DNA from: Candidatus Margulisiibacteriota bacterium
Lineage (GTDB): Bacteria > Margulisbacteria > WOR-1 > JAKLHX01
DNA length: 64,000 nucleotides
Assembly (NCBI GenBank): GCA_041650595.1
Contig: JBAZKW010000003.1
Location: 44,843 to 108,842, forward strand
Direction of reading: 5' to 3'
The notes under the pieces are model-generated. The model searched no databases and had not been told where the DNA came from. It was given only the letters and a program-made list of their open reading frames with translations. The translations under genes were made by a program, and so were the position numbers. Below are positions 26,555 to 35,238 of this stretch, piece by piece (positions within the stretch are counted from its first letter, which is position 1; every line of letters begins with the position of its first letter).

Positions 26555-27238
26555 TTAAATATACTTTATCGTGATCTTCAGCAAAAGATCCCCTTTTTTT
26601 CCGCAGCACGGGCACGGCTCGCCCAGACCTGCAAGCCGGAGTTTTGTATTGTTTGTTACTCCTTTTGGGATATTTACTGTTATGTTCTTCCTGTTTGAAA
26701 GGGACAGGTCTACTTTGCCGCCGGTTGTAGCCAGGCGGGAGGGAATTTCAATTTGCGCGTTGATGTCTGTGCGGACCTGTTCACGGGCCGGAGCTCCTGC
26801 AGAATAAACACGGGAGTACCCTCTTCTCTCCCCGCTTGAAAATGAATCTCCGAAAATATCGTCAAATATATCAAAATCCATTTGCCCTGAGCGAGTCGAA
26901 GGGCCTCTTTTTGTCTTTGACGATGTTGCATATCCAAGATGCGATAAAAGATCTTCGATATCGAATCCCTGCGTATTGGCGTAAGACTGGCCTGCCCGTC
27001 CGTCATAGGCATAACCGCCTTTTCGCATCATGTCGTATTCCTGTTTTCTTTTTTGGTCGCCAAGAACATAGTAAGCTTCGGACATTTCTTTAAATTTTTG
27101 CTCGGCGCCTTTTCTGTCATTGGGATTCATGTCTGGATGGTATTTTTTCGCAAGCTTGCGGTATGCGGATTTGACCGCATCCGTCGACACATTTTCCGCA
27201 ACGCCAAGAATTTTATAATAGTCTTTAGTTGGTTCCAT
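26555..27238 (-). CDS. J-domain protein (DnaJ/CbpA-like)
   Basis: DYYKILGV...[10 protein letters not shown]-domain, a G/F-like linker and a short C-terminal beta domain with CPCCGKKG. Confidence 0.8.
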   Translation of the reverse strand: MEPTKDYYKILGVAENVSTDAVKSAYRKLAKKYHPDMNPNDRKGAEQKFKEMSEAYYVLGDQKRKQEYDMMRKGGYAYDGRAGQSYANTQGFDIEDLLSHLGYATSSKTKRGPSTRSGQMDFDIFDDIFGDSFSSGERRGYSRVYSAGAPAREQVRTDINAQIEIPSRLATTGGKVDLSLSNRKNITVNIPKGVTNNTKLRLAGLGEPCPCCGKKGDLLLKITIKYI

Positions 27239-27277
27239 GCCCTCACCCCCACCCCCTCTCCCAAAGGGAGAGGGGCG
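27239..27277. repeat. Palindrome family C, intergenic copy
   Basis: GCCCTCACCCCCACCCCCTCTCCCAAAGGGAGAGGGGCG. Confidence 0.85.
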
Positions 27278-27281
27278 AACA

Positions 27282-27695
27282 TTATTTCACCTTTGAACCC
27301 GGTTCGACCGGTCTTTCCGGACTTATAAGGATCGGCATTCCGTCAGCCCCCGTTGCCGCCAGCAACATCCCGTTGCTTTCGACACCCCTCAACACTGCGG
27401 GCTCCAAATTATTGACAACTACGATGTATTTTCCGATCAAATCTTCCTTTGAATACGATTTTTTTATGCCTGCAACGATCTGTTTGTATTTTGGGGATGG
27501 GGAAATGGGATCTTGTACAGGCGCCGCATGCGGCGCCTCTTCCGTACGGGCGGGTCGCGACCCGCCCCCTACAATTCCCATTTCGCCGACATCGATTTTC
27601 AATACCAATAATTTATCGGCATTGGGATGATCCTGCGCATCTATTATTTTTGCGATCTTAAATTCAAATTTCATAAAATCTTCTATTGACGGCAT
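27282..27695 (-). CDS. tRNA-binding domain protein (CsaA/YgjH-like) with a composite in-frame repeat insertion
   Basis: [29 protein letters not shown] ... [11 protein letters not shown]...[19 protein letters not shown]. About 30 extra residues ([29 protein letters not shown]) are encoded by repeats. Confidence 0.75.
   Translation of the reverse strand: MPSIEDFMKFEFKIAKIIDAQDHPNADKLLVLKIDVGEMGIVGGGSRPARTEEAPHAAPVQDPISPSPKYKQIVAGIKKSYSKEDLIGKYIVVVNNLEPAVLRGVESNGMLLAATGADGMPILISPERPVEPGSKVK
27514..27568. repeat. Adjacent palindromes of families D and E inside the tRNA-binding protein gene
   Basis: TGTACAGGCGCCGCATGCGGCGCCTCT followed by CCGTACGGGCGGGTCGCGACCCGCCCC. Confidence 0.9.
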
Positions 27696-27724
27696 GTATT
27701 TCTCCTTATCGGCTGGATATATTT

Positions 27725-27752
27725 TGTACAGGCGTCGCATGCGGCGCCTCTA
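27725..27752. repeat. Palindrome family D (TGTACAGGCGYCGCATGCGGCGCCTCTAC), intergenic copy
   Basis: Near-identical to the copies at 27514 and 27909, in the same orientation. Confidence 0.9.
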
Positions 27753-27760
27753 CGGAATCA

Positions 27761-28309
27761 TTACAACCACCCTATCATCGCGAACGACGCGATCGTCTTC
27801 GCATCTAATATTTTACCACTTCTGAACATTTTTCTGATCTGGGAACGCGATACGATCAGGGGCTCGATGATCTCATCGGGATCGCATTTTATGGGCGATA
27901 AATTGCCATGTACAGGCGTCGCATGCGGCGCCTCTACCAAAACTAATCCCTTTGCCTGAAAAATATGCAAAACCTCCGTCGAATAACCCGGACATGGGAT
28001 CAATTTGCCGATCTTTTTGATCGCCGTCGCTCTATAACCTGTTTCCTCTATCAATTCGCGTTTCGCACAGGCAAGCGGCTTTTCCCCCTTGTCTATGGAA
28101 CCTGCCGGCAATTCGTAGATATATTGATTCACTACTACCCTGAATTGCCTGATTATTACGACTTTATCCCTGGAGATAAGGGGAATGATGACTACCGCTC
28201 CCCTGTGTTTTACAAAATCATAAAGTTTTGTGATGCCGTTAGGCAGAGTGATCTTTTCTCTTACAAAATCAAAGATGCGGCCTTTGTGAACGAATGCTTT
28301 TGAGGACAT
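27761..28309 (-). CDS. NUDIX hydrolase (ADP-ribose pyrophosphatase-like) with an in-frame repeat insertion
   Basis: Nudix box GEKPLACAKRELIEETGY. The segment VEAPHATPVHG is encoded by palindrome family D. Confidence 0.8.
   Translation of the reverse strand: MSSKAFVHKGRIFDFVREKITLPNGITKLYDFVKHRGAVVIIPLISRDKVVIIRQFRVVVNQYIYELPAGSIDKGEKPLACAKRELIEETGYRATAIKKIGKLIPCPGYSTEVLHIFQAKGLVLVEAPHATPVHGNLSPIKCDPDEIIEPLIVSRSQIRKMFRSGKILDAKTIASFAMIGWL
27909..27936. repeat. Palindrome family D, copy inside the NUDIX gene
   Basis: TGTACAGGCGTCGCATGCGGCGCCTCTAC. Confidence 0.9.
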
Positions 28310-28320
28310 TTATGAATTCA

Positions 28321-28395
28321 TTACTCCTTACTGCTCACTTCTTACTCCTTAAATTCGCGAAGCGAGTAGCAAGGAATAAGAAGTAAGGAACAAGG
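28321..28395. repeat. Long imperfect hairpin (ACTTCTTACTCCTTA / TAAGGAATAAGAAGT)
   Basis: About a 15-bp stem with 1 mismatch around a TTCGCGAAGCGAG core, between the NUDIX start and the tRNA-fMet 3' end. Confidence 0.6.
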
Positions 28396-28418
28396 ATAAA
28401 TTTGCTATCGCAAATTTA

Positions 28419-28727
<309 letters not shown>

Positions 28728-28733
28728 CTCTGT

Positions 28734-28785
28734 CCCGACGAGCCCTGCCTGCCGGCAGGCAGGTACCAGGCTGCTCTACCCCGCG
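28734..28785 (-). pseudogene. Displaced 5' half of tRNA-fMet (nt 1-31) with palindrome A in the D-loop
   Basis: The minus strand reads CGCGGGGTAGAGCAGCCTGGTA[CCTGCCTGCCGGCAGGCAGG]GCTCGTCGGG. Outside the 20-nt insert (28744-28763) it is identical to the intact copy. Confidence 0.85.
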
Positions 28786-28897
28786 ATTATATTACTATTT
28801 TTGCATAGTTTGACGCTTAATTCAACTTTGGAAAAACATAAAAATCTGTAAAAAGTGAAATTTCTCAAAAATACACCCGATATAACTTTACAAAAGC

Positions 28898-30481
28898 ATG
28901 ACAACGAACACAATGATCCGGAATGTTAGGACACTTGCAAGAAGGGAAGCATTTGGGAATCCCAGGAATATAGCGTTCCATCTAAACACTCACAATCCAT
29001 TAAGGGCCGTATTTAGTCTGAGACCCCCACATACTTTAATAACCATTCCATTCCCTGAATTATCTGCCACAAGACAACCCGGACCTACCAATGCCAACTG
29101 GACAGATGTCTGTTATCACCAAAGTTATTCGTCTCTTATGGCAAGAGGCCCAAAAGAAAGTGCATATCGATATTCTACATATAGTTTTACTCCGGCATTA
29201 GTCAGACAGCTTGAATTTATTGACCCAAAATTCCTAAGACAACTGAAAGCAGCCGATGATCTAAGTGCTCATGATCTAAAAGGTCGCGGAGGTGCGATCG
29301 CAAGCGGGTTTGATCATACGATATTGCCATTGGGAATAAACATTGATAGAGCCATTCAAATCAAATGGAGCATTGAGCACTTTAAACACACTTTTGGTAG
29401 AAAGCCTGAAGGATTTTGGGCTCCTGAAGCTGCCGTAAGCAATGAAGTGATGAGCTCTCTCGCGAACAACGGGATAAAATTTACGATCCTTTCCCCGTGG
29501 CAGGTAGAGACAATCAATGGAGAACCGCCACTTCGGACAGGAGAAGGATCTCCGGTCATTGATTTTGGGATCCCTTACAAGATCGCAACCCGGGATGGGA
29601 AAGTAATCCACGCTTTCGTGTACAACCGCTATCTGTCCCAAGAGCTTGCTTTCACCGATTTTCTGGAAAGCGGGGACGGAAATCGCCTTGCAACAAGATT
29701 GAACGAGCACCTGATGTGTAATGCCGCTATTGCATGCGCTTTGGATACAGAAACCCTTGGACTGCACAAAAGAGGCGGAGTTGCAACATATTTGGATTAC
29801 CTTTCAAAAGCCGCGCAATACAATCATAGGCCCGTGAATTTCGCATTTCTTCTTGATCAGACGCTTTCTTCAGGAATACCAATACCGACTCTTGGGATAA
29901 AAAGCCCTTCATCCTGGAGCTGTGAACATGGAGTGGAAAGATGGAGATCAGATTGCAGGTGCCCGGACAATACCGACAACCCCTGGCGAACAGCTTTCAG
30001 GGAAGCTCTCAATTTTCTAGCAGAAAGGGCTGATAGCATTTTTTGTAAAACGACTGAAAGGCTCATCTCCGACCAGGAAGGCGCAAAGTTAAGGTATATT
30101 GACGTCCTATTAGGCAAAAAGACATTTGATACTTTCATCTCCGAAGAAACCGGCGGAAAAAGGTTGACAAAAAAGACTCTGAACGAGTTGTCCGCAGTTT
30201 TTGACGGGCTTGTCCCGAGACAGGGAATGTTTGTCAGCTGCGGATGGTTCTTCCACGGAATGGGGCTTGAAACGGGAATATGCCTGGGACAGGCGGCAGA
30301 CCTGATAGCAAGACTTGAGGATCTGGCCTCCGGACTTGAAGAAGAATTTCTTTGCAAATTAGGCGGCATTTATAATTCCGCGGGATTCAGAGAACGCGGA
30401 CAATGTGAAACGGCGGCCGATCAGTATAATCTCACCAAACAAGAACAGGCCTATTGGGCCCAAAGAATATCCGCGCTATGA
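28898..30481 (+). CDS. Glycoside hydrolase family 57-like protein
   Basis: IAFHLNTHNPLR, FDHTILPL and FGRKPEGFWAPEAAVS...GIKFTILS resemble GH57 catalytic-domain blocks. Confidence 0.55.
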   Translation: MTTNTMIRNVRTLARREAFGNPRNIAFHLNTHNPLRAVFSLRPPHTLITIPFPELSATRQPGPTNANWTDVCYHQSYSSLMARGPKESAYRYSTYSFTPALVRQLEFIDPKFLRQLKAADDLSAHDLKGRGGAIASGFDHTILPLGINIDRAIQIKWSIEHFKHTFGRKPEGFWAPEAAVSNEVMSSLANNGIKFTILSPWQVETINGEPPLRTGEGSPVIDFGIPYKIATRDGKVIHAFVYNRYLSQELAFTDFLESGDGNRLATRLNEHLMCNAAIACALDTETLGLHKRGGVATYLDYLSKAAQYNHRPVNFAFLLDQTLSSGIPIPTLGIKSPSSWSCEHGVERWRSDCRCPDNTDNPWRTAFREALNFLAERADSIFCKTTERLISDQEGAKLRYIDVLLGKKTFDTFISEETGGKRLTKKTLNELSAVFDGLVPRQGMFVSCGWFFHGMGLETGICLGQAADLIARLEDLASGLEEEFLCKLGGIYNSAGFRERGQCETAADQYNLTKQEQAYWAQRISAL

Positions 30482-30589
30482 ACACAAACAAATTCCTTAT
30501 CCTCGAATTATCGGTAAGTCTGTTATATAATAAATCAGTGAAATTTCCCAGGAAAACAATCTATAATAATACGAGGGATATATAACTAG

Positions 30590-31942
30590 ATGCAAATAGG
30601 GATATCTCAGAACATAGGTATGGAACTTTCTGCCGAACTCAGCGTTATGCTGAACCCCAAAATGCTGCAGACGCTCAAGATCCTCAACATGCCGTATGCC
30701 GAATTAATAGAAAAAATATCCTCGGAAGCCGAAATAAACCCTCTCATCGAAATAGAAAAAAGGGACGGCATGATGGAGTATCTGCGGTATCAAAGCTCTC
30801 TGCCGGTAAGGGAAAAAGAAGGGCAGACGGCCGATCCTGCCGAAATGGAGAGATACCTGAAGGCCGGAACCACGCTTTCACAGTTCCTTTTGACGCAGCT
30901 AGCGCTTTTGGATACGACCGAAGAGCAGAAAGAGATCCTCGAGCTATTAATAAAAAACCTGGATGAAAACGGATATATCCTAAGTTATGATGATCTCAAA
31001 ACTTCGATAGAAAAGGACCTTAAAGTATCCGGCAAAGAAATAGATCAGGCGCTAAAAGCCCTGCAGTCTTTTGAGCCGGACGGAGTAGCCGCCAGGAACT
31101 TAAAAGAAAGTCTTCTTATCCAGATAAATGAATATAATTTTGAGAGCGAAGAACTTAAAACTATCTTGGAGACTATCGTAAATGACCATCTGGATGATCT
31201 TGGAAAAGGAGATCTTTCAGGGATCGCCATAGCTTTGAGCATCCCGGAAGAAGGCGTTAAAATGGCGGCTGACTTTATAAAGGGCCATCTTACCCCTTAT
31301 CCGGGAGCGCGTTTTGCCGAAACTTCGACCCCAGCGATCCCGTCCTTTGCCGTGAAAAAGACAGCCTATGGATACGAAATTGTAAATCTGGAGACAAAGT
31401 ACGGCCCATCGATAAAGCTCAACGTTCAATACCAAAAGATGCTCAATGACCCGTCCACTGATGAAAAGACTGCATCTTATATCATGGAAAAACTATCCCA
31501 AGCAAAAGAGCTGGTCGAACAAATAACTAAAAGACATGAGACGGTAGAAAAAATAGTTTCCAAAATCGTCGAAAGACAGAGAAACTATCTTGAAGGATTG
31601 ACAAAGTTTCCCGAACCGATGACGCAAAAAGAGCTTTCCGAAAAGTTCGGGATACACCCTTCTACTGTAAGCCGGGCTGTCGCGGAAAAATATATCGAAA
31701 CCCCCATTGGCGTGCTGAAAATGAAATCTCTGTGCCCCAGGCAGACGATGGGGCTTACCGCCGCGCACATCAAGTCGGAGATCGCCGAAGTACTTTCCGG
31801 CGAAGACATGAAAAGGCCTTTTACCGACGCGCAAATAATAGAAAAACTTTCGGACAAAGGTATCAATCTTAAAAGAAGGACCGTTTCGGACTATAGGAAA
31901 AAGCTCCTGGTGGATACATCGATAAAAAGGAAGAGAAAATGA
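30590..31942 (+). CDS. rpoN: RNA polymerase sigma-54 factor
   Basis: Region I (LSVMLNPKMLQTLKILNMPYAELIEKI), core-binding region, HTH and an RpoN box (RRTVSDYRKKL). Confidence 0.9.
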   Translation: MQIGISQNIGMELSAELSVMLNPKMLQTLKILNMPYAELIEKISSEAEINPLIEIEKRDGMMEYLRYQSSLPVREKEGQTADPAEMERYLKAGTTLSQFLLTQLALLDTTEEQKEILELLIKNLDENGYILSYDDLKTSIEKDLKVSGKEIDQALKALQSFEPDGVAARNLKESLLIQINEYNFESEELKTILETIVNDHLDDLGKGDLSGIAIALSIPEEGVKMAADFIKGHLTPYPGARFAETSTPAIPSFAVKKTAYGYEIVNLETKYGPSIKLNVQYQKMLNDPSTDEKTASYIMEKLSQAKELVEQITKRHETVEKIVSKIVERQRNYLEGLTKFPEPMTQKELSEKFGIHPSTVSRAVAEKYIETPIGVLKMKSLCPRQTMGLTAAHIKSEIAEVLSGEDMKRPFTDAQIIEKLSDKGINLKRRTVSDYRKKLLVDTSIKRKRK

Positions 31943-33297
31943 CCCCCCGCAGAAAGAACATATTGGTGATTGATGACGAAAAAGGCGTCAGGGAATCTAT
32001 AAAAATGACGCTGAAAGATAAATACAGGATCTTGGAGGCAGCCGACGGAAAAAGCGCTCTGGCAAAAATGCTGAAAGAACCGGTAGATCTTGTGCTATTG
32101 GACGTGAACCTTCCGGACACGAATGGCATTAAACTGCTCAAAGAGATAAAGAGAATAGACGAGACGGTAAACGTTATAATGATAACCGCAGATAACTGCG
32201 TAAAAACCGCCGTACACGCCATGAAGCTGGGCGCTTACGACTACATAAACAAACCTTTTAATATAGAAGAACTCCTGCTGCTCACCGAAAAGGCAATAGA
32301 AAAAACTTCTCTGATAAAAGAGAATATTTACCTTAAAGCTTCTTCTGTAAGTAACGAAATGCAGATCGTCGGCAACAGTCCAAAAACCAGAGAGCTTCTC
32401 TCTCTTATAGAGACCGTAGCCCAAAGCCCGTCTACCGTCCTAATTTCCGGAGAGACCGGAGTGGGTAAAGAGCTCGCGGCAAGACAGATACACAAATTAT
32501 CCGCCAGGGCAAACAGGCTTTTCGTTACTGTTAACTGCTCCGCGATACCGGAAAATCTTATCGAATCCGAGCTTTTCGGTCATGAAAAAGGAGCTTTTAC
32601 CGGAGCGTTTGAAAGATATATAGGTAAGTTCGAAATGGCCGACGGGGGCACTTTGTTCCTGGACGAAGTGGGAACTTTGCCGCAGGCGATGCAGGCTAAG
32701 CTTTTAAGAGTGCTTCAGGACAAATATGTAGAGCGTCTGGGAGGCGAAAAACCGATAAGAGTGGACTCAAGGATAATCTCGGCCACCAACATAGATCTCA
32801 AAAAAGCGGTGAAAGAAGGAAAATTCAGGGAGGACCTTTTCTACAGGCTGAATGTCATCCCGGTGGTCGTCCCCCCGCTTCGAGAAAGAAGAGATGATAT
32901 AGAGCTTCTGACAAAATATTTCCTGAAAAAATATTCCGCCGCCTTCGGAAAAACCATGGAAGGATTTTCTCCGGAAGCCATGAGCATACTCAAAGATTAC
33001 AAATGGCCCGGCAATATAAGAGAACTTGAAAACCTGGTAGAAAGACTGGTAGTCCTGAGCAAGTCCCCATTGATAGACGAGGAAGACCTGCCAAAAGAAA
33101 TATCCAGGAACGAAACGGCGATAAGCGGACCGGAAATGGAGTACAAAAGCCTCAAAGAGGCCACGATAGCCTTCGAAAAAAGCATGATCGAAAAAATAAT
33201 ATCAAAAGCCGGCGGCAATAAGGCAAAAGCCGCAAAAATGCTTGGGATACACAGGAACACGCTGACGCAGATAGAAAAGAAATCGGGAGAGAAATAG
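31939..33297 (+). CDS. Sigma-54-dependent response regulator (NtrC family)
   Basis: REC domain (DLVLLDVNLPD), AAA+ domain with GETGVGKE, GAFTGA and GGTLFLDEVG, and a C-terminal Fis-type HTH. Confidence 0.9.
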   Translation: MTPRRKNILVIDDEKGVRESIKMTLKDKYRILEAADGKSALAKMLKEPVDLVLLDVNLPDTNGIKLLKEIKRIDETVNVIMITADNCVKTAVHAMKLGAYDYINKPFNIEELLLLTEKAIEKTSLIKENIYLKASSVSNEMQIVGNSPKTRELLSLIETVAQSPSTVLISGETGVGKELAARQIHKLSARANRLFVTVNCSAIPENLIESELFGHEKGAFTGAFERYIGKFEMADGGTLFLDEVGTLPQAMQAKLLRVLQDKYVERLGGEKPIRVDSRIISATNIDLKKAVKEGKFREDLFYRLNVIPVVVPPLRERRDDIELLTKYFLKKYSAAFGKTMEGFSPEAMSILKDYKWPGNIRELENLVERLVVLSKSPLIDEEDLPKEISRNETAISGPEMEYKSLKEATIAFEKSMIEKIISKAGGNKAKAAKMLGIHRNTLTQIEKKSGEK

Positions 33298-33322
33298 CCG
33301 GCACATAAAACGGGGCGTGTTA

Positions 33323-33340
33323 TGCACATTAAATCGTGCA
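33323..33340. promoter_or_regulatory. Dyad TGCAC-N8-GTGCA upstream of a sigma-54 promoter (candidate activator site)
   Basis: TGCACATTAAATCGTGCA lies about 45-60 nt upstream of the -24 element at 33384. It is nested inside an AACGGGG/CCCCGTT stem (33309-33357). Confidence 0.4.
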
Positions 33341-33382
33341 TCTGACCTGTCCCCGTTATGAAGCTCTCTCTCAAAAGGTCCG

Positions 33383-33398
33383 TGGCGAGATAGTTGCT
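33383..33398 (+). promoter_or_regulatory. Sigma-54 promoter (TGGCGA-N5-TTGCT)
   Basis: GG (33384-85) and GC (33396-97) are separated by exactly 10 nt, about 50 nt upstream of the ATG at 33448. Confidence 0.55.
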
Positions 33399-33447
33399 AC
33401 TGTATATAGAGTCGAAGGGTTTCAAAGACAAAAGGAGGGCAACAAAC

Positions 33448-33783
33448 ATGATAGACAACGATCTTCAGAAAATAAGCGCTTCAAAGCGCTTCGAAGCAAA
33501 AGAATCGGCCCTTTTGTTCGGCATAAAAGGCGAGGAAAAGATCGAGGCTTTTGAAAAAATGCTCTCCGAACTTCTGAAGTTTTCCGATACCATCCCCGAA
33601 GCGATCAGCAAAATGGTCAAAGCGGCGCTGGCAAGTGAATTTGGCAGCAGCATACTTGATAACAAAAAGTCGGAAATAATGGTAAAATCAATTTCGGGAA
33701 GCATCCTGGCAGACGGTGAACTCAGGCGCCAGGCGCTTCTTGTGATAGACAGGTTCGCAAAAGCCGATGAGCTTAATGCATGA
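33448..33783 (+). CDS. Hypothetical small protein, paralog of 6405-6812
   Basis: ATG preceded by AAGGAGG. Its C-terminal half aligns with the ORF downstream of flhA. Its stop overlaps the next regulator's ATG (ATGCATGA). Confidence 0.6.
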   Translation: MIDNDLQKISASKRFEAKESALLFGIKGEEKIEAFEKMLSELLKFSDTIPEAISKMVKAALASEFGSSILDNKKSEIMVKSISGSILADGELRRQALLVIDRFAKADELNA

Positions 33784-35141
33784 ACAGCGAGAAGCCCTGC
33801 ATACTGATAGTTGACGACGAAGAAAGTATAAGAGAATCGTTTTCCCTTATCTTGCAGGATGAATACGACTTGATCTCCGTTTCCACAGGCGAAGCCGCCC
33901 TAAAAAAAGCCGTTGACCACAAAATAGACCTCGTTTTTCTCGATATCAGAATGCCGGGAATGGACGGAATGGAAACCCTGACAAGGCTAAAAAAAATAGA
34001 CCCCTCGCTTGAAGTGGTTATGGTTACCGCGGTGAATGATGTCCAAAAAGCCGGCGAGTCCGTAAAGATCGGCGCCAACAATTATATAGTCAAACCTTTC
34101 GATGTTCCCCGCATACTTGCGATGGCCAAGACCTTAACAAGAAAAAAAAATCTTATGCGCACAGCCGCCGGGATGAGAAAAAGCGCCGACGGCCTGCCTG
34201 CATTCCCGGAACTTTCCGGACACAGCAAAACATTGCAAGCTCTTATCGAAAAAGCAGTCGAGCTTGCGAAAACTGACTTGCCGCTTTTGATAATCGGAGA
34301 ACCCGGGACAGAAAAAGAAACAGCCGCTTTTATTATGCATTCTTCTGGCAAAAGAAAAGACGCAGGTTTTGGAGTGCTCAATCTGCCAAAGAACGGCAAT
34401 GAAAAAGAACTTTACAAAGACCTGTTCGGTTCAGGAAAAGGTTCTTTTGTATATGATCTGGATAAAAAAGCCGGACTTGTAGAGCGATGCGCCGGAGGGA
34501 CCGTGCTTATAAACAACATTGAAAATGCGTCCCAACAGCTGCTCGCAGACATCTCGGAAGCCATCGAAAAAAAAGGGGCAAAAAGATACGGAAGCTCACA
34601 GGACATAGCCCTAAATGTCAGGTTCATTTTTTCGTCTTCCGAGGAACTTGCCTCTTCGGAAAATCCTGAACACAACATTCCGGGCAATCTTATTAACGAT
34701 TCTCTATTGATCCCCCCCCTGCGGTCCCGCCGCGAGGATATCCAGGATATCTGCTTGGAACTTCTTGCCCATCTAAACAAAGAACTGGGAAAAAGGGTCA
34801 AAGAGATCACCCCCGATACACAGGAAATACTTAATTCCTATCCGTGGCCGGGAAATTTTGAGGAGCTTAAGAATATCCTGAAAAAAACTGTTGCCGCAAG
34901 CGACAATGAGATATTAAGCACAAAAGATCTTCCTTTTTGTATCCTTATGTGGTCGCCGGCTTTTTCCTATATCGAAGAAGCTTCCGGCTTTTCTTTGGAC
35001 AGCCTGACTTCGGTCTTTGAAAAAGAATTTTTATTAAACATCTTGAGAAAGTCTAACTTTGAGATACAAACGGCCACGAAGGTCTTAAACATCAACAAGA
35101 ATATCCTTTTATCCAAGATAGAAGCACTGCAAATAAAGTAG
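33780..35141 (+). CDS. Response regulator with a degenerate sigma-54-activator (AAA+) domain and C-terminal HTH
   Basis: The REC domain is intact (DLVFLDIRMPGMDG). Walker A reads GEPGTEKE, GAFTGA is replaced by GSFVYD, and Walker B reads GGTVLINNIEN. Confidence 0.8.
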   Translation: MNSEKPCILIVDDEESIRESFSLILQDEYDLISVSTGEAALKKAVDHKIDLVFLDIRMPGMDGMETLTRLKKIDPSLEVVMVTAVNDVQKAGESVKIGANNYIVKPFDVPRILAMAKTLTRKKNLMRTAAGMRKSADGLPAFPELSGHSKTLQALIEKAVELAKTDLPLLIIGEPGTEKETAAFIMHSSGKRKDAGFGVLNLPKNGNEKELYKDLFGSGKGSFVYDLDKKAGLVERCAGGTVLINNIENASQQLLADISEAIEKKGAKRYGSSQDIALNVRFIFSSSEELASSENPEHNIPGNLINDSLLIPPLRSRREDIQDICLELLAHLNKELGKRVKEITPDTQEILNSYPWPGNFEELKNILKKTVAASDNEILSTKDLPFCILMWSPAFSYIEEASGFSLDSLTSVFEKEFLLNILRKSNFEIQTATKVLNINKNILLSKIEALQIK

Positions 35142-35145
35142 CACT

Positions 35146-35229
35146 TGCCGTTGGTCGGAGTCGAACCGACATGGGTTTGCACCCAAGGGATTTTAAGTCC
35201 CTCGTGTATACCAATTCCACCACAACGGC
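35146..35229 (-). tRNA. tRNA-Leu (UAA)
   Basis: The reverse complement reads GCCGTTGTGGTGGAATTGGTATACACGAGGGACTTAAAATCCCTTGGGTGCAAACCCATGTCGGTTCGACTCCGACCAACGGCA. It has a long variable arm and anticodon loop CTTAAAA. Confidence 0.9.
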
Positions 35230-35238
35230 GTTATGAAG

